The notes beneath the pieces were generated by a model. The model was given only the letters and a program-made list of their open reading frames with translations. It made no database searches and was not told where the DNA came from. Below, one piece after another: positions 1-11,787 of a DNA stretch of 64,000 bases. The stretch's first letter is position 1. Each line of letters begins with the position of its first letter. The DNA comes from Macrostomum hystrix (lineage: Eukaryota; Animalia; Platyhelminthes): the NCBI GenBank assembly GCA_950097015.1, contig CATNEN010000002.1, forward strand, positions 372,001-436,000. The letters run 5' to 3'. A program made the translations under genes and the position numbers.

Positions 1-36
1 CAGGAATTCTAGATAGAATGGCGAAGTAAAGCCTTG

Positions 37-3000
37 AATAGAATCAAAGCAGGAATAAAAACTACAGGTTGTAGACTCGGATTGTGAAAATGGGTGCTCA
101 AATTCGTCTATGGCCGCTCTTTGCTGCCAGCGAGGATTCACGTGAGAGGAAAGCAGATTTATGGGCTTTATGGGCTATATAAGCTAAGCAGGTTAATATA
201 GTAATATAATTCTTGTAGTGATTCTGGCTTCGCATTTTTAACTAGAAATATTTAATAATTCGCGAATAGTATTAAAGACTTTTTTGTTAATTAACGGACT
301 TACTAACACTTAACACTTAACATTATGAACTCGAACTTAGGTACCATGTCCGATATGTCCGAGCTGTAATTATAAATTGCAAATCGACGAGTTAACACCT
401 GCATGACTACCTGTTCAGATATTCATATCATAACTCTTCTGTGCCTGTTCTTGAATCGCTTATCAAACAGGAATATTAGTCCGCGTTCTGTATTGGCACT
501 CATTATATGATTGTTATAATCGAAGCGCAGCAGGAATCGCAGCAGGAATCGTAGCCAGTATCACAGAAAGAATGAATATATTTAGGAATCGAAGTTCAAA
601 CTGCCGCAGGAATCGTAGCTAGAATCGCAGCAGGAAACCTAGCTAGAATCGCAGCAAGAACCGTATTTAGAATCGCAGCAGGAATCCTAGCTAGAATCGC
701 AGCAAGAATCGTATTTAGAATCGTAGCAGGAATCCTAGCTAGAATCGCAGCAGGAATCGTAGCTAGAATCGCAGCAGGAATCGTAGCTAGAATCGCAGCA
801 GGAATCCTAGATAGAATTGCAGCAGGAATTCTTGATATAATAGCGAAGTAATGCTTTGAATAGAATCAAAGCAGGAATCGTAGCTAAAATCGCAGCAGGA
901 ATCGTAGCTAGAATCACAGCAGGAATCGTAGCTAGAATCACAGCAGGAATCGTAGCTAGAATCACAGCAGGAATCGTAGCTAGAATCGCAGCAGGAATCC
1001 TAGCTAGAATCGCAGCAGGAATCCTAGCTAGAATCGCAGCAGGAATCGTAGCTAGAATCAAAGCAGGAATCGAAGCTAAAATCGCAGCAGGAATCGTAGC
1101 TAGAATCACAGCAGGAATCGTAGCTAGAATCACAGCAGGAATCGTAGCTAGAATCACAGCAGGAATCGTAGCTAGAATCACAGCAGGAATCGTAGCTAGA
1201 ATCGCAGCAGGAATCCTAGCTAGAATCGCAGCAGGAATCCTAGCTAGAATCGCAGCAGGAATCGTAGCTAGAATCGCAGCAGGAATCCTAGCTAGAATCG
1301 CAGCAGGAATCCTAGCTAGAATCGCAGCAGGAATCGTAGCTAGAATCGCAGCAGGAATCCTAGCTAGAATCGCAGCAGGAATCCTTGCTAGAATCGCAGC
1401 AGGAATCGTAGCTAGAATCGCAGCAGGAATCGTAGCTAGAATCGCAGCAGGAATCCTAGCTAGAATCGCAGCAGGAATCGTAGCTAGAATCGCAGCAGGA
1501 ATCCTAGCTAGAATCGCAGCAGGAATCCTAGCTAGAATCGCAGCAGGAATCGTAGCTAGAATCGCAGCAGGAATCCTAGATAGAATCGCAGCAGGAATCG
1601 TAGCTAGAATCACAGCAGGAATCGTAGCTAGAATCACAGCAGGAATCGTAGCTAGAATCACAGCAGGAATCGTAGCTAGAATCACAGCAGGAATCGTAGC
1701 TAGAATCGCAGCAGGAATCCTAGCTAGAATCGCAGCAGGAATCCTAGCTAGAATCGCAGCAGGAATCGTAGCTAGAATCGCAGCAGGAATCCTAGCTAGA
1801 ATCGCAGCAGGAATCCTAGCTAGAATCGCAGCAGGAATCGTAGCTAGAATCGCAGCAGGAATCCTAGCTAGAATCGCAGCAGGAATCCTTGCTAGAATCG
1901 CAGCAGGAATCGTAGCTAGAATCGCAGCAGGAATCGTAGCTAGAATCGCAGCAGGAATCCTAGCTAGAATCGCAGCAGGAATCGTAGCTAGAATCGCAGC
2001 AGGAATCCTAGATAGAATTGCAGCAGGAATTCTTGATATAATAGCGAAGTAATGCTTTGAATAGAATCAAAGCAGGAATCGTAGCTAGAATCACAGCAGG
2101 AATCGTAGCTAGAATCACAGCAGGAATCGTAGCTAGAATCGCAGCAGGAATCCTAGATAGAATCACAGCAGGAATCGTAGCTAGAATCGCAGCAGGAATC
2201 CTAGATAGAATCGCAGCAGGAATCCTAGATAGAATCGCAGCAGGAATCGTAGCTGGAATCGCAGCAGGAATCCTAGCTAGAATCGCAGCAGGAATCCTAG
2301 ATAGAATCGCAGCAGGAATCGTAGCTAGAATCGCAGCAGGAATCGTAGCTAGAATCGCAGCAGGAATCCTAGATAGAATTGCAGCAGGAATCCTAGATAG
2401 AATTGCAGCAGGAATTCTAGATAGAATGGCGAAGTAAAGCCTTGAATAGAATCAAAGCAGGAATCGTAGCTAGAATCGCAGCAGGAATCGTAGCTAGAAT
2501 CGCAGCAGGAATCGTAGCTAGAATCGCAGCAGGAAACCTAGATAGAATTGCAGCAGGAATCCTAGATAGAATTGCAGCAGGAATTCTAGATAGAATGGCG
2601 AAGTAAAGCCTTGAATAGAATCAAAGCAGGAATCGTAGCTAGAATCGCAGCAGGAATCGTAGCTAGAATCGCAGCAGGAATCGTAGCTAGAATCGCAGCA
2701 GGAAACCTAGATAGAATTGCAGCAGGAATTCTAGATAGAATTGCAGCAGGAATTCTATATAGAATTGCAGCAGGAATTCTAGATAGAATTGCAGCAGGAA
2801 TTCTAGATAGAATCGCAGCAGGAATCGTAGCTAGAATCGCAGCAGGAATCCTAGATAGAATTGCAGCAGGAATCCTAGATAGAATTGCAGCAGGAATTCT
2901 AGATAGAATGGCGAAGTAAAGCCTTGAATAGAATCAAAGCAGGAATCGTAGCTAGAATCGCAGCAGGAATCGTAGCTAGAATCGCAGCAGGAATCGTAGC

Positions 3001-3620
3001 TAGAATCGCAGCAGGAAACCTAGATAGAATCGCAGCAGGAAACCTAGATAGAATCGCAGCAGGAATCCTAGATAGAATTGCAGCAGGAATTCTAGATAGA
3101 ATGGCGAAGTAAAGCCTTGAATAGAATCAAAGCAGGAATAAAAACTACAGGTTGTAGACTCGGATTGTGAAAATGGGTGCTCAAATTCGTCTATGGCCGC
3201 TCTTTGCTGCCAGCGAGGATTCACGTGAGAGGAAAGCAGATTTATGGGCTTTATGGGCTATATAAGCTAAGCAGGTTAATATAGTAATATAATTCTTGTA
3301 GTGATTCTGGCTTCGCATTTTTAACTAGAAATATTTAATAATTCGCGAATAGTATTAAAGACTTTTTTGTTAATTAACGGACTTACTAACACTTAACACT
3401 TAACATTATGAACTCGAACTTAGGTACCATGTCCGATATGTCCGAGCTGTAATTATAAATTGCAAATCGACGAGTTAACACCTGCATGACTACCTGTTCA
3501 GATATTCATATCATAACTCTTCTGTGCCTGTTCTTGAATCGCTTATCAAACAGGAATATTAGTCCGCGTTCTGTATTGGCACTCATTATATGATTGTTAT
3601 AATCGAAGCGCAGCAGGAAT
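37..3620 (+). repeat. ~3.08-kb composite macro-repeat: ~480-bp unique core (51-530 = 3133-3612) plus satellite; third truncated core at 5415-5565
   Basis: The core is essentially letter-for-letter identical at an offset of ~3082 bp. The third copy matches for ~150 bp and then diverges at GTTAATAG. Confidence 0.93.
541..3135. repeat. 24-bp minisatellite array (ATCGTAGCTAGAATCGCAGCAGGA; two related 12-mers) punctuated by a ~40-bp cassette
   Basis: Directly visible period of 24 (IVARIAAG in translation). The cassette GATAGAATGGCGAAGTAAAGCCTTGAATAGAATCAAAGCAGG or its variant recurs near 11, 831, 2032, 2418, 2588, 2901, 3093 and 5380. Confidence 0.97.
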
Positions 3621-5420
3621 CGCAGCAGGAATCGTAGCCAGTATCGCAGAAAGAATGAATATATTTAGGAATCGAAGTTCAAACTGCCGCAGGAATCGTA
3701 GCTAGAATCGCAGCAGGAAACCTAGCTAGAATCGCAGCAAGAATCGTATTTAGAATCGCAGCAGGAATCCTAGCTAGAATCGCAGCAAGAATCGTATTTA
3801 GAATCGTAGCAGGAATCCTAGCTAGAATCGCAGCAGGAATCGTAGCTAGAATCGCAGCAGGAATCGTAGCTAGAATCGCAGCAGGAATCGTAGCTAGAAT
3901 CGCAGCAGGAATCGTAGCTAGAATCGCAGCAGCAATCCTAGCTAGAATCACAGCAGAATTCGTTGCTAGAATCGCAGCAGGAATCCTAGCTAGAATCGCA
4001 GCAGGAATCGTAGCTAGAATCGCAGCAGAAATCGTACGTAGAATAGCAGCAGGAATCCTAGCTAAAATCGCAGCAGGAATCCTAGCTAGAATCGCAGCAG
4101 GAATCGTAGCTAGAATCACAGCAAGAATCGTAGCTAGAATCACAGCAAGAATCGTAGCTTGAATCACAGCAGGAATCGTAGCTAGAATCACAGCAGGAAT
4201 CGTATTTAGAATAGCAGCAGGAATCCTAGCTAGAATCGCAGCAGGAATCGTAATTAGAATCGTAGCAGGAATCCTTGCTAGAATCGCAGCAGGAATCGTA
4301 GCTAGAATCACAGCAGGAATCGTAGCTAGAATCACAGCAGGAATCGTAGCTAGAATCACAGCAGGAATCGTAGCTAGAATCACAGCAGGAATCGTAGCTA
4401 GAATCGCAGCAGGAATCCTAGCTAGAATCGCAGCAGGAATCCTAGCTAGAATCGCAGCAGGAATCGTAGCTAGAATCGCAGCAGGAATCCTAGCTAGAAT
4501 CGCAGCAGGAATCCTAGCTAGAGTCACAGCAGAATTCGTAGCTAGAATCGCAGCAGGAATCGTAGCTAGAATCGCAGCAGAAATCGTAGCTAGAATCGCA
4601 GCAGAAATCGTAGCTAGAATCGCAGCAGAAATCGTAGCTAGAATCGCAGCAGGAATCGTAGCTAGAATCGCAGGAGGAATCCTAGCTAGAATCGCAGCAG
4701 CAATCCTAGCTAGAGTCACAGCAGAATTCGTAGCTAGAATCGCAGCAGGAATCGTAGCTAGAATCGCAGCAGAAATCGTAGCTAGAATCGCAGCAGAAAT
4801 CGTACGTAGAATCACAGCAGGAATCGTAGCTAGAATCACAGCAGGAATCGTAGCTAGAATCACAGCAGGAATCGTAGCTAGAATCGCAGCAGGAATCCTA
4901 GCTAGAATCGCAGCAGGAATCGTAGCTAGAATCGCAGCAGGAATCGTAGCTAGAATCACAGCAGGAATCGTAGCTAGAATCACAGCAAGAATCGTAGCTA
5001 GAATCACAGCAGGAATCGTAGCTAGAATCACAGCAGGAATCGTAGCTAGAATCACAGCAGGAATCGTAGCTAGAATCACAGCAAGAATCGTAGCTAGAAT
5101 CACAGAAGGAATCGTAGCTTGAATCACAGCAAGAATCGTAGCTAGAATCACAGCAGGAATCGTAGCTAGAATCACAGCAGGAATCGTATTTAGAATAGCA
5201 GCAGGAATCCTAGCTAAAATCGCAGCAGGAATCCTAGCTAGAATCGCAGCAGGAATCGTAGCTAGAATCGCAGCAGGAATCGTAGCTAGAATCGCAGCAG
5301 GAATCGTAGCTAGAATCGCAGCAGGAATCGTAGCTAGAATCGCAGCAGGAATCCTAGATAGAATTGCAGCAGGAATTCTTGATAGAATGGCGAAGTAAAG
5401 CCTTGAATAGAATCAAAGCA
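3620..5420. repeat. Second 24-bp minisatellite array of the same family
   Basis: Same unit. It begins with the same degenerate lead-in as the array at 541 and ends in the same cassette. Confidence 0.97.
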
Positions 5421-5647
5421 GAAATAAAAACTACAGGTTGTAGACTCGGATTGTGAAAATGGGTGCTCAAATTCGTCTATGGCCGCTCTCTGCTGCCAGC
5501 GAGGATTCACGTGAGAGGAAAGCAGATTTATGGGCTTTATGGGCTATATAAGCTAAGCAGGTTAATAGTTGATAACTATGATATTGAGATTGAGAATCAA
5601 AGACTGCTCAAACTAAACTCAAAAGTTAAAACGGTCGATCGCGGACA

Positions 5648-7317
5648 ATGGCAAGCAGCGATGAAGACAGAGATTCTGTCTCCGAATCAGCTGGCCAATA
5701 CCAGTCTAACGGCTACGACAGTGTCTGCGACGGCGATGCCTTGAGCTGTGGCGTCAGTTCGAACAACAACGGCGCAAGGATACCGGCTGCCACGTCTTGC
5801 AAGCAAGGACATTGCTGGAATCTGCGATCATCGATAGGAAGCATGTGAGCATGCTTAGCCCGGCAATCTCTTATAGTTTAATGCGTTAAATTATTTAATT
5901 TTGAATTTAATAATACATTAATCTTTTCTTAATACCAGCACTCACTTCTTGTGGAAAGCTTCTAAGTAATGTGAAATTTCAGTTTTAAACCACATTAAGG
6001 AGTATAAAACTAAACTGTTAGGAACCGTTTGGCGCCAATTCAAATTGAAAACATTTTACGAAGGAAACTAGAAGGCTACCTCACATTTGGCTTCAGTGGC
6101 TGTCGGATTCATTTTATAAAAATCGTTCGGGTTTTTTTATTTACTTTCGGGATTATGATCAATTTTCGGGATTTAGATACATTTTCAAGCTTCAGATCAG
6201 TTTGGGTATTTAGATTCTGTTTTGTATTTTTAGCGCTGTGACATAAATTAAAAGCAATCCTGCCTTGTGAAATGGTTTCCGTAGTACAGTTAAGCAGCAG
6301 CAGCGGCGGAAGCGGGAGACGGGACCCACAATAATCACAACACCGGGTACCATCAGCACCGCCTGTTTTCAATCAGACAATTTTGACACCGCTGACAAGG
6401 AGAGCATCGGCAGCTTCTTGGAGTCGATGAAGAGATTCAACAGGACCGCCAATTTTCGGCAAAGCAATCAGGAGTCGAGCTCCACGTTTGAGCAATTCCT
6501 GGTCTCCAACTCAGGTCAGCTCTCAGGAGAAGGCGTCCTAAGCGACGAATATTTGCACTTGAGCGAGTCCGCGTCCTTGCTGTTGAATGAGGATATTACT
6601 CCAAAGATTGTGCTAAACGACATGCAGCGCTACAAGCCTTCAAAAACGTTAAAAGAGGCGCGAACCCAGGATAACCAGCAGCTGGTGAAGAATCGGCATA
6701 AGCGACTGACGAAATACATCCCTGAGTCGCCTGGGACTCCTGGTTGGTGTCTGAAAATGGGCATCAGTCCGACTAGCATCAAGGCAGACAAGCATGTGGA
6801 CAAGATCACGGCTGCCAGGCTGGCCTCTCGCTTGCGGGCCATCGATGCTCTCCTGCTGACCATGCAGCTGAAGGATGGCTATGGCAGCACACTGCCTCTC
6901 CTGAAGCGGGAGATGGTGGTTCAGCAGAGCAATCTGCTCCTGTTGCAGGCCAGCGAACTTGTCAAGCGTGTTCAACAGCAGCACCAAACGCTGAATAGTC
7001 GATGGAATTTCCGCAAAAACTGGGCCCCGATACCGCCACCGAGCCAGAATGTTTGCACCGCCCTGGTTGAGGGCGGCCCGTCAACGACCCGCTTCACGGC
7101 TCGCGAAGATCGCTGGCTGCTGAGGCACCTACCCGTAACCCATCGGGCAGTGCTGCCTCGCCTGTTGGTGGGCGGCGAATATCACGACGATCCCCAGCTG
7201 GAGGCAAGCGGCCTAGTGGTGACTCGAGCTCGGGGCCGTCGGCTGAAGACCTGCCACAACCTCCGCGATCCATACAATGACGCAATGGGCAGATACGTGT
7301 ACGCACTGCTGTCCTGA
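5648..7317 (+). CDS. Uncharacterised protein, probable exons 5648-5844 and 6285-7317; possible divergent Myb/SANT-like C-terminus
   Basis: The GC-rich frame is open from ~6271 to the TGA at 7317. Donor AT|GTGAGC (5844) and acceptor CCGTAG| (6284) are both phase 2. C-terminal RFTAREDRWLL...CHNLRDPY resembles Myb-type helix 1/3 motifs (inference only). Confidence 0.6.
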
Positions 7318-7522
7318 CCGATACTCAGTTTTAAACAAGTTACTCATTAAACATGTAAGTACTTCCAGTGCAGCGTAGCATATCTTGCAGAAAAATGTCT
7401 AAAATGTGTACTTTTGTTCGATTTAGGTCAGAACTTAATAAGCTGGGTATACAGCCTCAGAATGAGAATTTGTAACACAGTGGGCCAGATTGACATTCAT
7501 GAACTGATTAGGCATGCGAAAT

Positions 7523-7914
7523 TGAGACAGGGGAGAGATGAGACAGGGGAGAGATGAGACAGGGGAGAGATGAGACAGGGGAGAGATGAGACAGGGGAGA
7601 GATGAGACAGGGGAGAGATTAGACTGGGGAGAGATGAGACTGGGGAGAGATGAGACAGGCGGGTAGATGAGACAGGGGAGAGATGAGACACGAGATGAGA
7701 CACAGGAGAGATGAGAACCAGATATGGCCGGGGAGAGATGAGACACAGGAGTGATGAGACTGGGGAGAGATGAGACACAAGATGAGACACAAGAGAGATG
7801 CGAACCAGATATGGCCGGGGAGAGATGAGACACAGGAGAGATGAGACTGGAGAGAGATGAGACTGGAGAGAGATGAGACTTGGGAGAGGTAAGACTAGAG
7901 TTTGCCAACCCCTG
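7523..7914. repeat. 16-bp minisatellite (GACAGGGGAGAGATGA) ending at a hAT-like terminus GTTTGCCAACCCCTG
   Basis: Visible period of 16. The terminal motif is the reverse complement of CAGGGGTTGGCAAAC, typical of hAT/Charlie TIRs. Confidence 0.85.
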
Positions 7915-8378
7915 GCTTCAGAAGTCAAGTTTCTTTAAAGTCATTTTTGCATTGTTCAATGCTCCCAAAGCAAATACATGTTAACAAAGTATTTAATTTT
8001 TTCATAGTATTCGATATTTACTAATCGCTTGTCGATCAATTTCTTTAACTGCTCATATACTAAAAAGAAGATTTCGAAACATACAGGTTTTTGTCCATCC
8101 GCGATTTCTTAGAAAGTGAAGTTTTCAAAATCTAGTCTCTCGTGAATTCAAATGAGAGCTTAGAAGAACAACTCTATATTTGCAGTATTTGCACATTTTT
8201 TACTTTTGTAGGCCATTATTTCTGAATTATTTCAAAACTATCAAAAACAATATGGAGCTCTTGCTGGCTCCCCCAGAGACAATTCTTGTGGCACAGGAAA
8301 ATCTTTTATCAAAGTGAATAATAGAAAATAACACAGATATTTAAAACATGCTACTTTGAGTAGAGAACAATAGTTTTG

Positions 8379-11281
8379 TCAGCAATCTGGCAGCTCCAGT
8401 GGGGGCACTGAGAATGGCGGCTGCTGACGGCTTTGCTGCACCATGGATCGCAATCTTTGAGCGGCTGACGAAGGCCTCTGACTGCCTTTGGCGTATAATG
8501 CCTTTGGCGTGGCAGCAGTGGGCAGCGGAGCTAGCGGCCGCGCAATAGTCTCGTTGACGGCTTTGTTGCTATGACAACCGGACGCTACCGACGCGAACAC
8601 TGCAGAGCCAGCGCCGCGTGTCGGCTGCTTTCGCAGTGCGGGCTCGTCCCTGCAGGCGTCTAGCAGCGCCCGCTCGAGTTTGTGCCGCTCGGCGCGAAGA
8701 TCGGAGAGGGTCGGCTCACGGCTGAGTCGACACGAGGCCGTCAATGACGTTGGCGACGAACAGCAATCGCTTCTGGCCGTGGAGACTGAAAACTGCTGCA
8801 TCTGCAGCGACTCCTGCAGCTGCTCCAGGTCCTGCTTTAACTGCTCGATCTCCTCTTCGAGGTGTTGCCTGCAGGTTAGCACATTGCGTAGGGTTGCGTT
8901 TTTTAGGGTCGGGGTCGGTTGTTAAGCGGTTAACGCGTTAGCCTCTCGCGCCGAGGTCCCTGAGCTCGATTCCGCTGCGAGGCCATATTTATTTTGGGGC
9001 GCAGTCACGGAGAGAAGTACTGGGTACTTGTCGTAAATTTACGCCCTTCAGGGCCAACCTCCAAGGCGCAGTGAAAGTGTAAACTGCCGGACGATGAGAA
9101 AGTCAGGGCAGACGTACACACCTGTGCCAGCGTGCGTGTGTGCTCAGGTGTCAGCGAAATGGGCACGTTGGCTGCGTGTACTGGTCTATGTCAGTGAAGA
9201 GGATCAGGGAAACTGACGAGAGTTCTCACCTCAGACTTCGCTTCACCTCATCGCAGCGCATGTAGGTGAGCTGGTCCCGCATGCCGGTCACCTCATCGGC
9301 AGCGGCGGCGCCAACTCCAGCGCTTCGGGCGGTGCGTCGCGAGCCGCAGGACCGAGCGCTGGAGCATGGCGTGACGCGAATCTCGCCTAGTGAGAGCCGC
9401 GAATTGCCGGTTGAAGGGCCTGAAAGAAGGTATTGGAAGATTTAACCTCGTTTGTTGTTGAAGAGGTGGCTGAGGATGGTGTCAGACGAATCTGAAGATG
9501 GAATCAGACGAATATGAGGGTGGTGTCAGACGAATCTGAGGATGGTGTCAGACGAATCTGAGGATGGTGTCAGACGAATCTGAGGATCTGAGGATGGTGT
9601 CAGACGAATCTGAAGATGGAATCAGACGAATATGAGGGTGGTGTCAGACGAATCTGAGGATGGTGTCAGACGAATCTGAGGATGGTGTCAGACGAATCTG
9701 AGGATCTGAGGATGGTGTCAGACGAATCTGAGGATCTGAGGATGGTGTCAGACGAATCTGAGGATCTGATGATGGTGTCAGACGAATCTGAGGATCTGAG
9801 GATGGTGTCAGACGAATCTGAGGATCTGAGGATGGTGTCAGACGAATCTGAGGATCTGAGGATGGTGTCAGACGAATCTGAGGATCTGAGGATGGTGTCA
9901 GACGAATCTGAGGATCTGAGGATGGTGTCAGACGAATCTGAGGATCTGATGATGGTGTCAGACGAATCTGAGGATCTGAGGATGGTGTCAGACGAATCTG
10001 AGGATCTGAGGATGGTGTCAGACGAATCTGAGGATCTGAGGATGGTGTCAGACGAATCTGAGGATCTGAGGATGGTGTCAGACGAATCTGAGGATCTGAG
10101 GATGGTGTCAGACGAATCTGAGGATCTGAGGATGGTGTCAGACGAATCTGAGGATCTGAGGATGGTGTCAGACGAATCTGAGGATGGTGTTAGACGAATC
10201 TGAGGATGGTGTTAGACGAATCTGAGGATCTGAGGATGGTGTCAGACGAATCTGAGGATCTGATGATGGTGTCAGACGAATCTGAGGATCTGATGATGGT
10301 GTCAGACGATTCTGAAGTTTAGAAGGGACACAGACAGAACAGGCAAACTGCAGTAAGAAAGCCTCACGGCTGCTGCTGCTCTCGTAGGCGTAGTCGACCA
10401 CCTCCTGGTTGACATCGTAGCGTCGCAGATCCGTGGAACGCTGCTGCTCACGGATCGCCTCCAGGAAGAACACGATCTCCTGCGCCAGACGAGCCCGCAT
10501 CTGCGGCGGCTCCGGCAGTGGAGCTGGCCGCGTCCCAGCCTGCGACTGTTGGATGGCGGCCAGGGAAAGGTGGGAGAAACAGTCTATGGCCTAACCAATG
10601 CGCTCACTCTTCTGCATCGCCAAGAGCTGATAGATTTCAAGCGTTTAAAGAACACGAAGCGAGCAAACTTGACTTAGTAATAAGACCAGAGCGGTCTAAC
10701 GCGACCACTCGCTCCAAACTTCGATTCCGCATTCATTTAGGGCGCAGCCGCGGAGAGAAGGCCTGTGTGCTTGTCGTGTAATTTACGCCCTCGATCGGGC
10801 CAACCTCCAAGACATGAATAACTATACAACGGTAAAGGACGTGAAACCTATTAAAAATGTTTCATAAACGAAAATTATCTATATTTTGCACTGCGAGACA
10901 GTTGCAGCATTTCAGGTTGTGACGTTTCTACAGAAAAATGTTTATACAGAGCAAAGTTATTTGTCCTGTCACCAGGGTCTTCGACTGCAGACGACCTTCT
11001 ATTTCTATTTGTCCTTGTGGGAATATTATCATTCACTTTAGAGTGGTAAATAGTATAATGGAGCAGAGAAACTGTTCCCATACCTCACGCGCATCGTCAT
11101 CATCTCCTAAGTCTAGCGCCAGCTCCAGCAGTAGGCTGATTTCTCTTCGCAATTCAATCGTCTGATCGATTAGGTCTGCGCCAATCAGCTGCTTGAGCTC
11201 ATGATGCTCGGATGGAGCCGCATGCTCGCAGACAACGTCCCACAGGCTGCTGGGGAATTCATATCCACATGGACTCTGCAT
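8379..11281 (-). CDS. CCDC24: Coiled-coil domain-containing protein 24 homolog; exons 11281-11084, 10590-10368, 9419-9230, 8868-8379
   Basis: Spliced protein: SLWDVVCEHAAPSEHHELKQLIGADLIDQTIELRREISLL...LPEPPQMRARLAQEIVFFLEAIR...DEVTGMRDQLTYMRCDEVKRSLRQHLEEEIEQLKQDLEQLQESL. This parallels the CCDC24 motifs SLWELVEEHV, APPPLLKDLLRQEL and [25 protein letters not shown]. All GT-AG sites are phase-consistent (0,1,2). Confidence 0.85.
8911..9067 (+). mobile_element. tRNA-derived SINE-like element, family B, copy 1 (CCDC24 intron 3)
   Basis: A-box-like TTAAGCGGTTAA and B-box-like GAGCTCGATTCC. The body GGGCGCAG..CGGAGAGAAG...CTTGTCGT..ATTTACGCCCT..GGGCCAACCTCCAAG is shared with 10685-10812. Confidence 0.6.
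9470..10315. repeat. 30-bp minisatellite (GAGGATGGTGTCAGACGAATCTGAGGATCT) in CCDC24 intron 2
   Basis: Period of 30 (22-bp core plus 8-bp duplication). It generates the spurious MVSDESEDLR ORF. Confidence 0.97.
10685..10812 (+). mobile_element. tRNA-derived SINE-like element, family B, copy 2 (CCDC24 intron 1)
   Basis: AGCGGTCTAACGCG...TTCGATTCCGC followed by the same conserved body as 8911-9067. Confidence 0.55.
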
Positions 11282-11666
11282 GACCGCTACAGAAAGCAGA
11301 TCAAGTGGCTCAGTAGTCACCAGAGGCCCAAAATGGAACTGAGTTTGTCAGAATCTTTCTGCTGTAAAAACATTAGCAACATATACTGAGCCAATGTTTT
11401 AACTATGTAAGAGTCATGTAAGGCCATACTCGTATCTAGCACTAGGCATTGGGCAGGAAGTCACTTTGAAGCAATTTATATAAAACAGTTATGTAATTTA
11501 CTGTAGTGTAGTGTACTGCATTATTTCTTAGATAATGTGGCGAATTTCAATGCCATAACTGCTCTGATTTAAAAATAAAATTACTGATAGTAAAAATTAT
11601 TTTACCTAATCTGTCTTTAATATAATATCAAACTTCTATATTTATAGACATAATTAAATACACATT

Positions 11667-11787
11667 CAGTGGCGGCACAGGACCTCCAGCTGGGGGGGCG
11701 GTGGTTGGGTGGTCACCCTCCTGAGGGTGGTGAGGGGTGCCTGGGGTGGTCACCCGGGGGCAGCCCGCCCCCCCTGCACCTCCACTG
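11667..11787. mobile_element. 121-bp hAT-type MITE
   Basis: Ends CAGTGG...CCACTG, GC-rich fold-back interior, and an exact 8-bp TSD TACACATT (11659-11666, 11788-11795). Confidence 0.88.

Noticed and set aside
807-5175. Long ORFs (IVARIAAG / ILATIPAA repeats, up to 498 aa)
   Set aside because: They are translations of a 24-bp satellite that lacks stops in some frames. They are open on both strands, have TTG or arbitrary starts, and show no unique domain.
541-5420. CRISPR-like appearance of recurring ~40-bp cassettes separated by variable-length sequence
   Set aside because: The intervening DNA is satellite rather than unique spacers, there are no cas genes, and the context is eukaryotic.
9682-10203. 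173-aa acidic repeat ORF MVSDESEDLR
   Set aside because: 30-bp satellite within CCDC24 intron 2, on the opposite strand.
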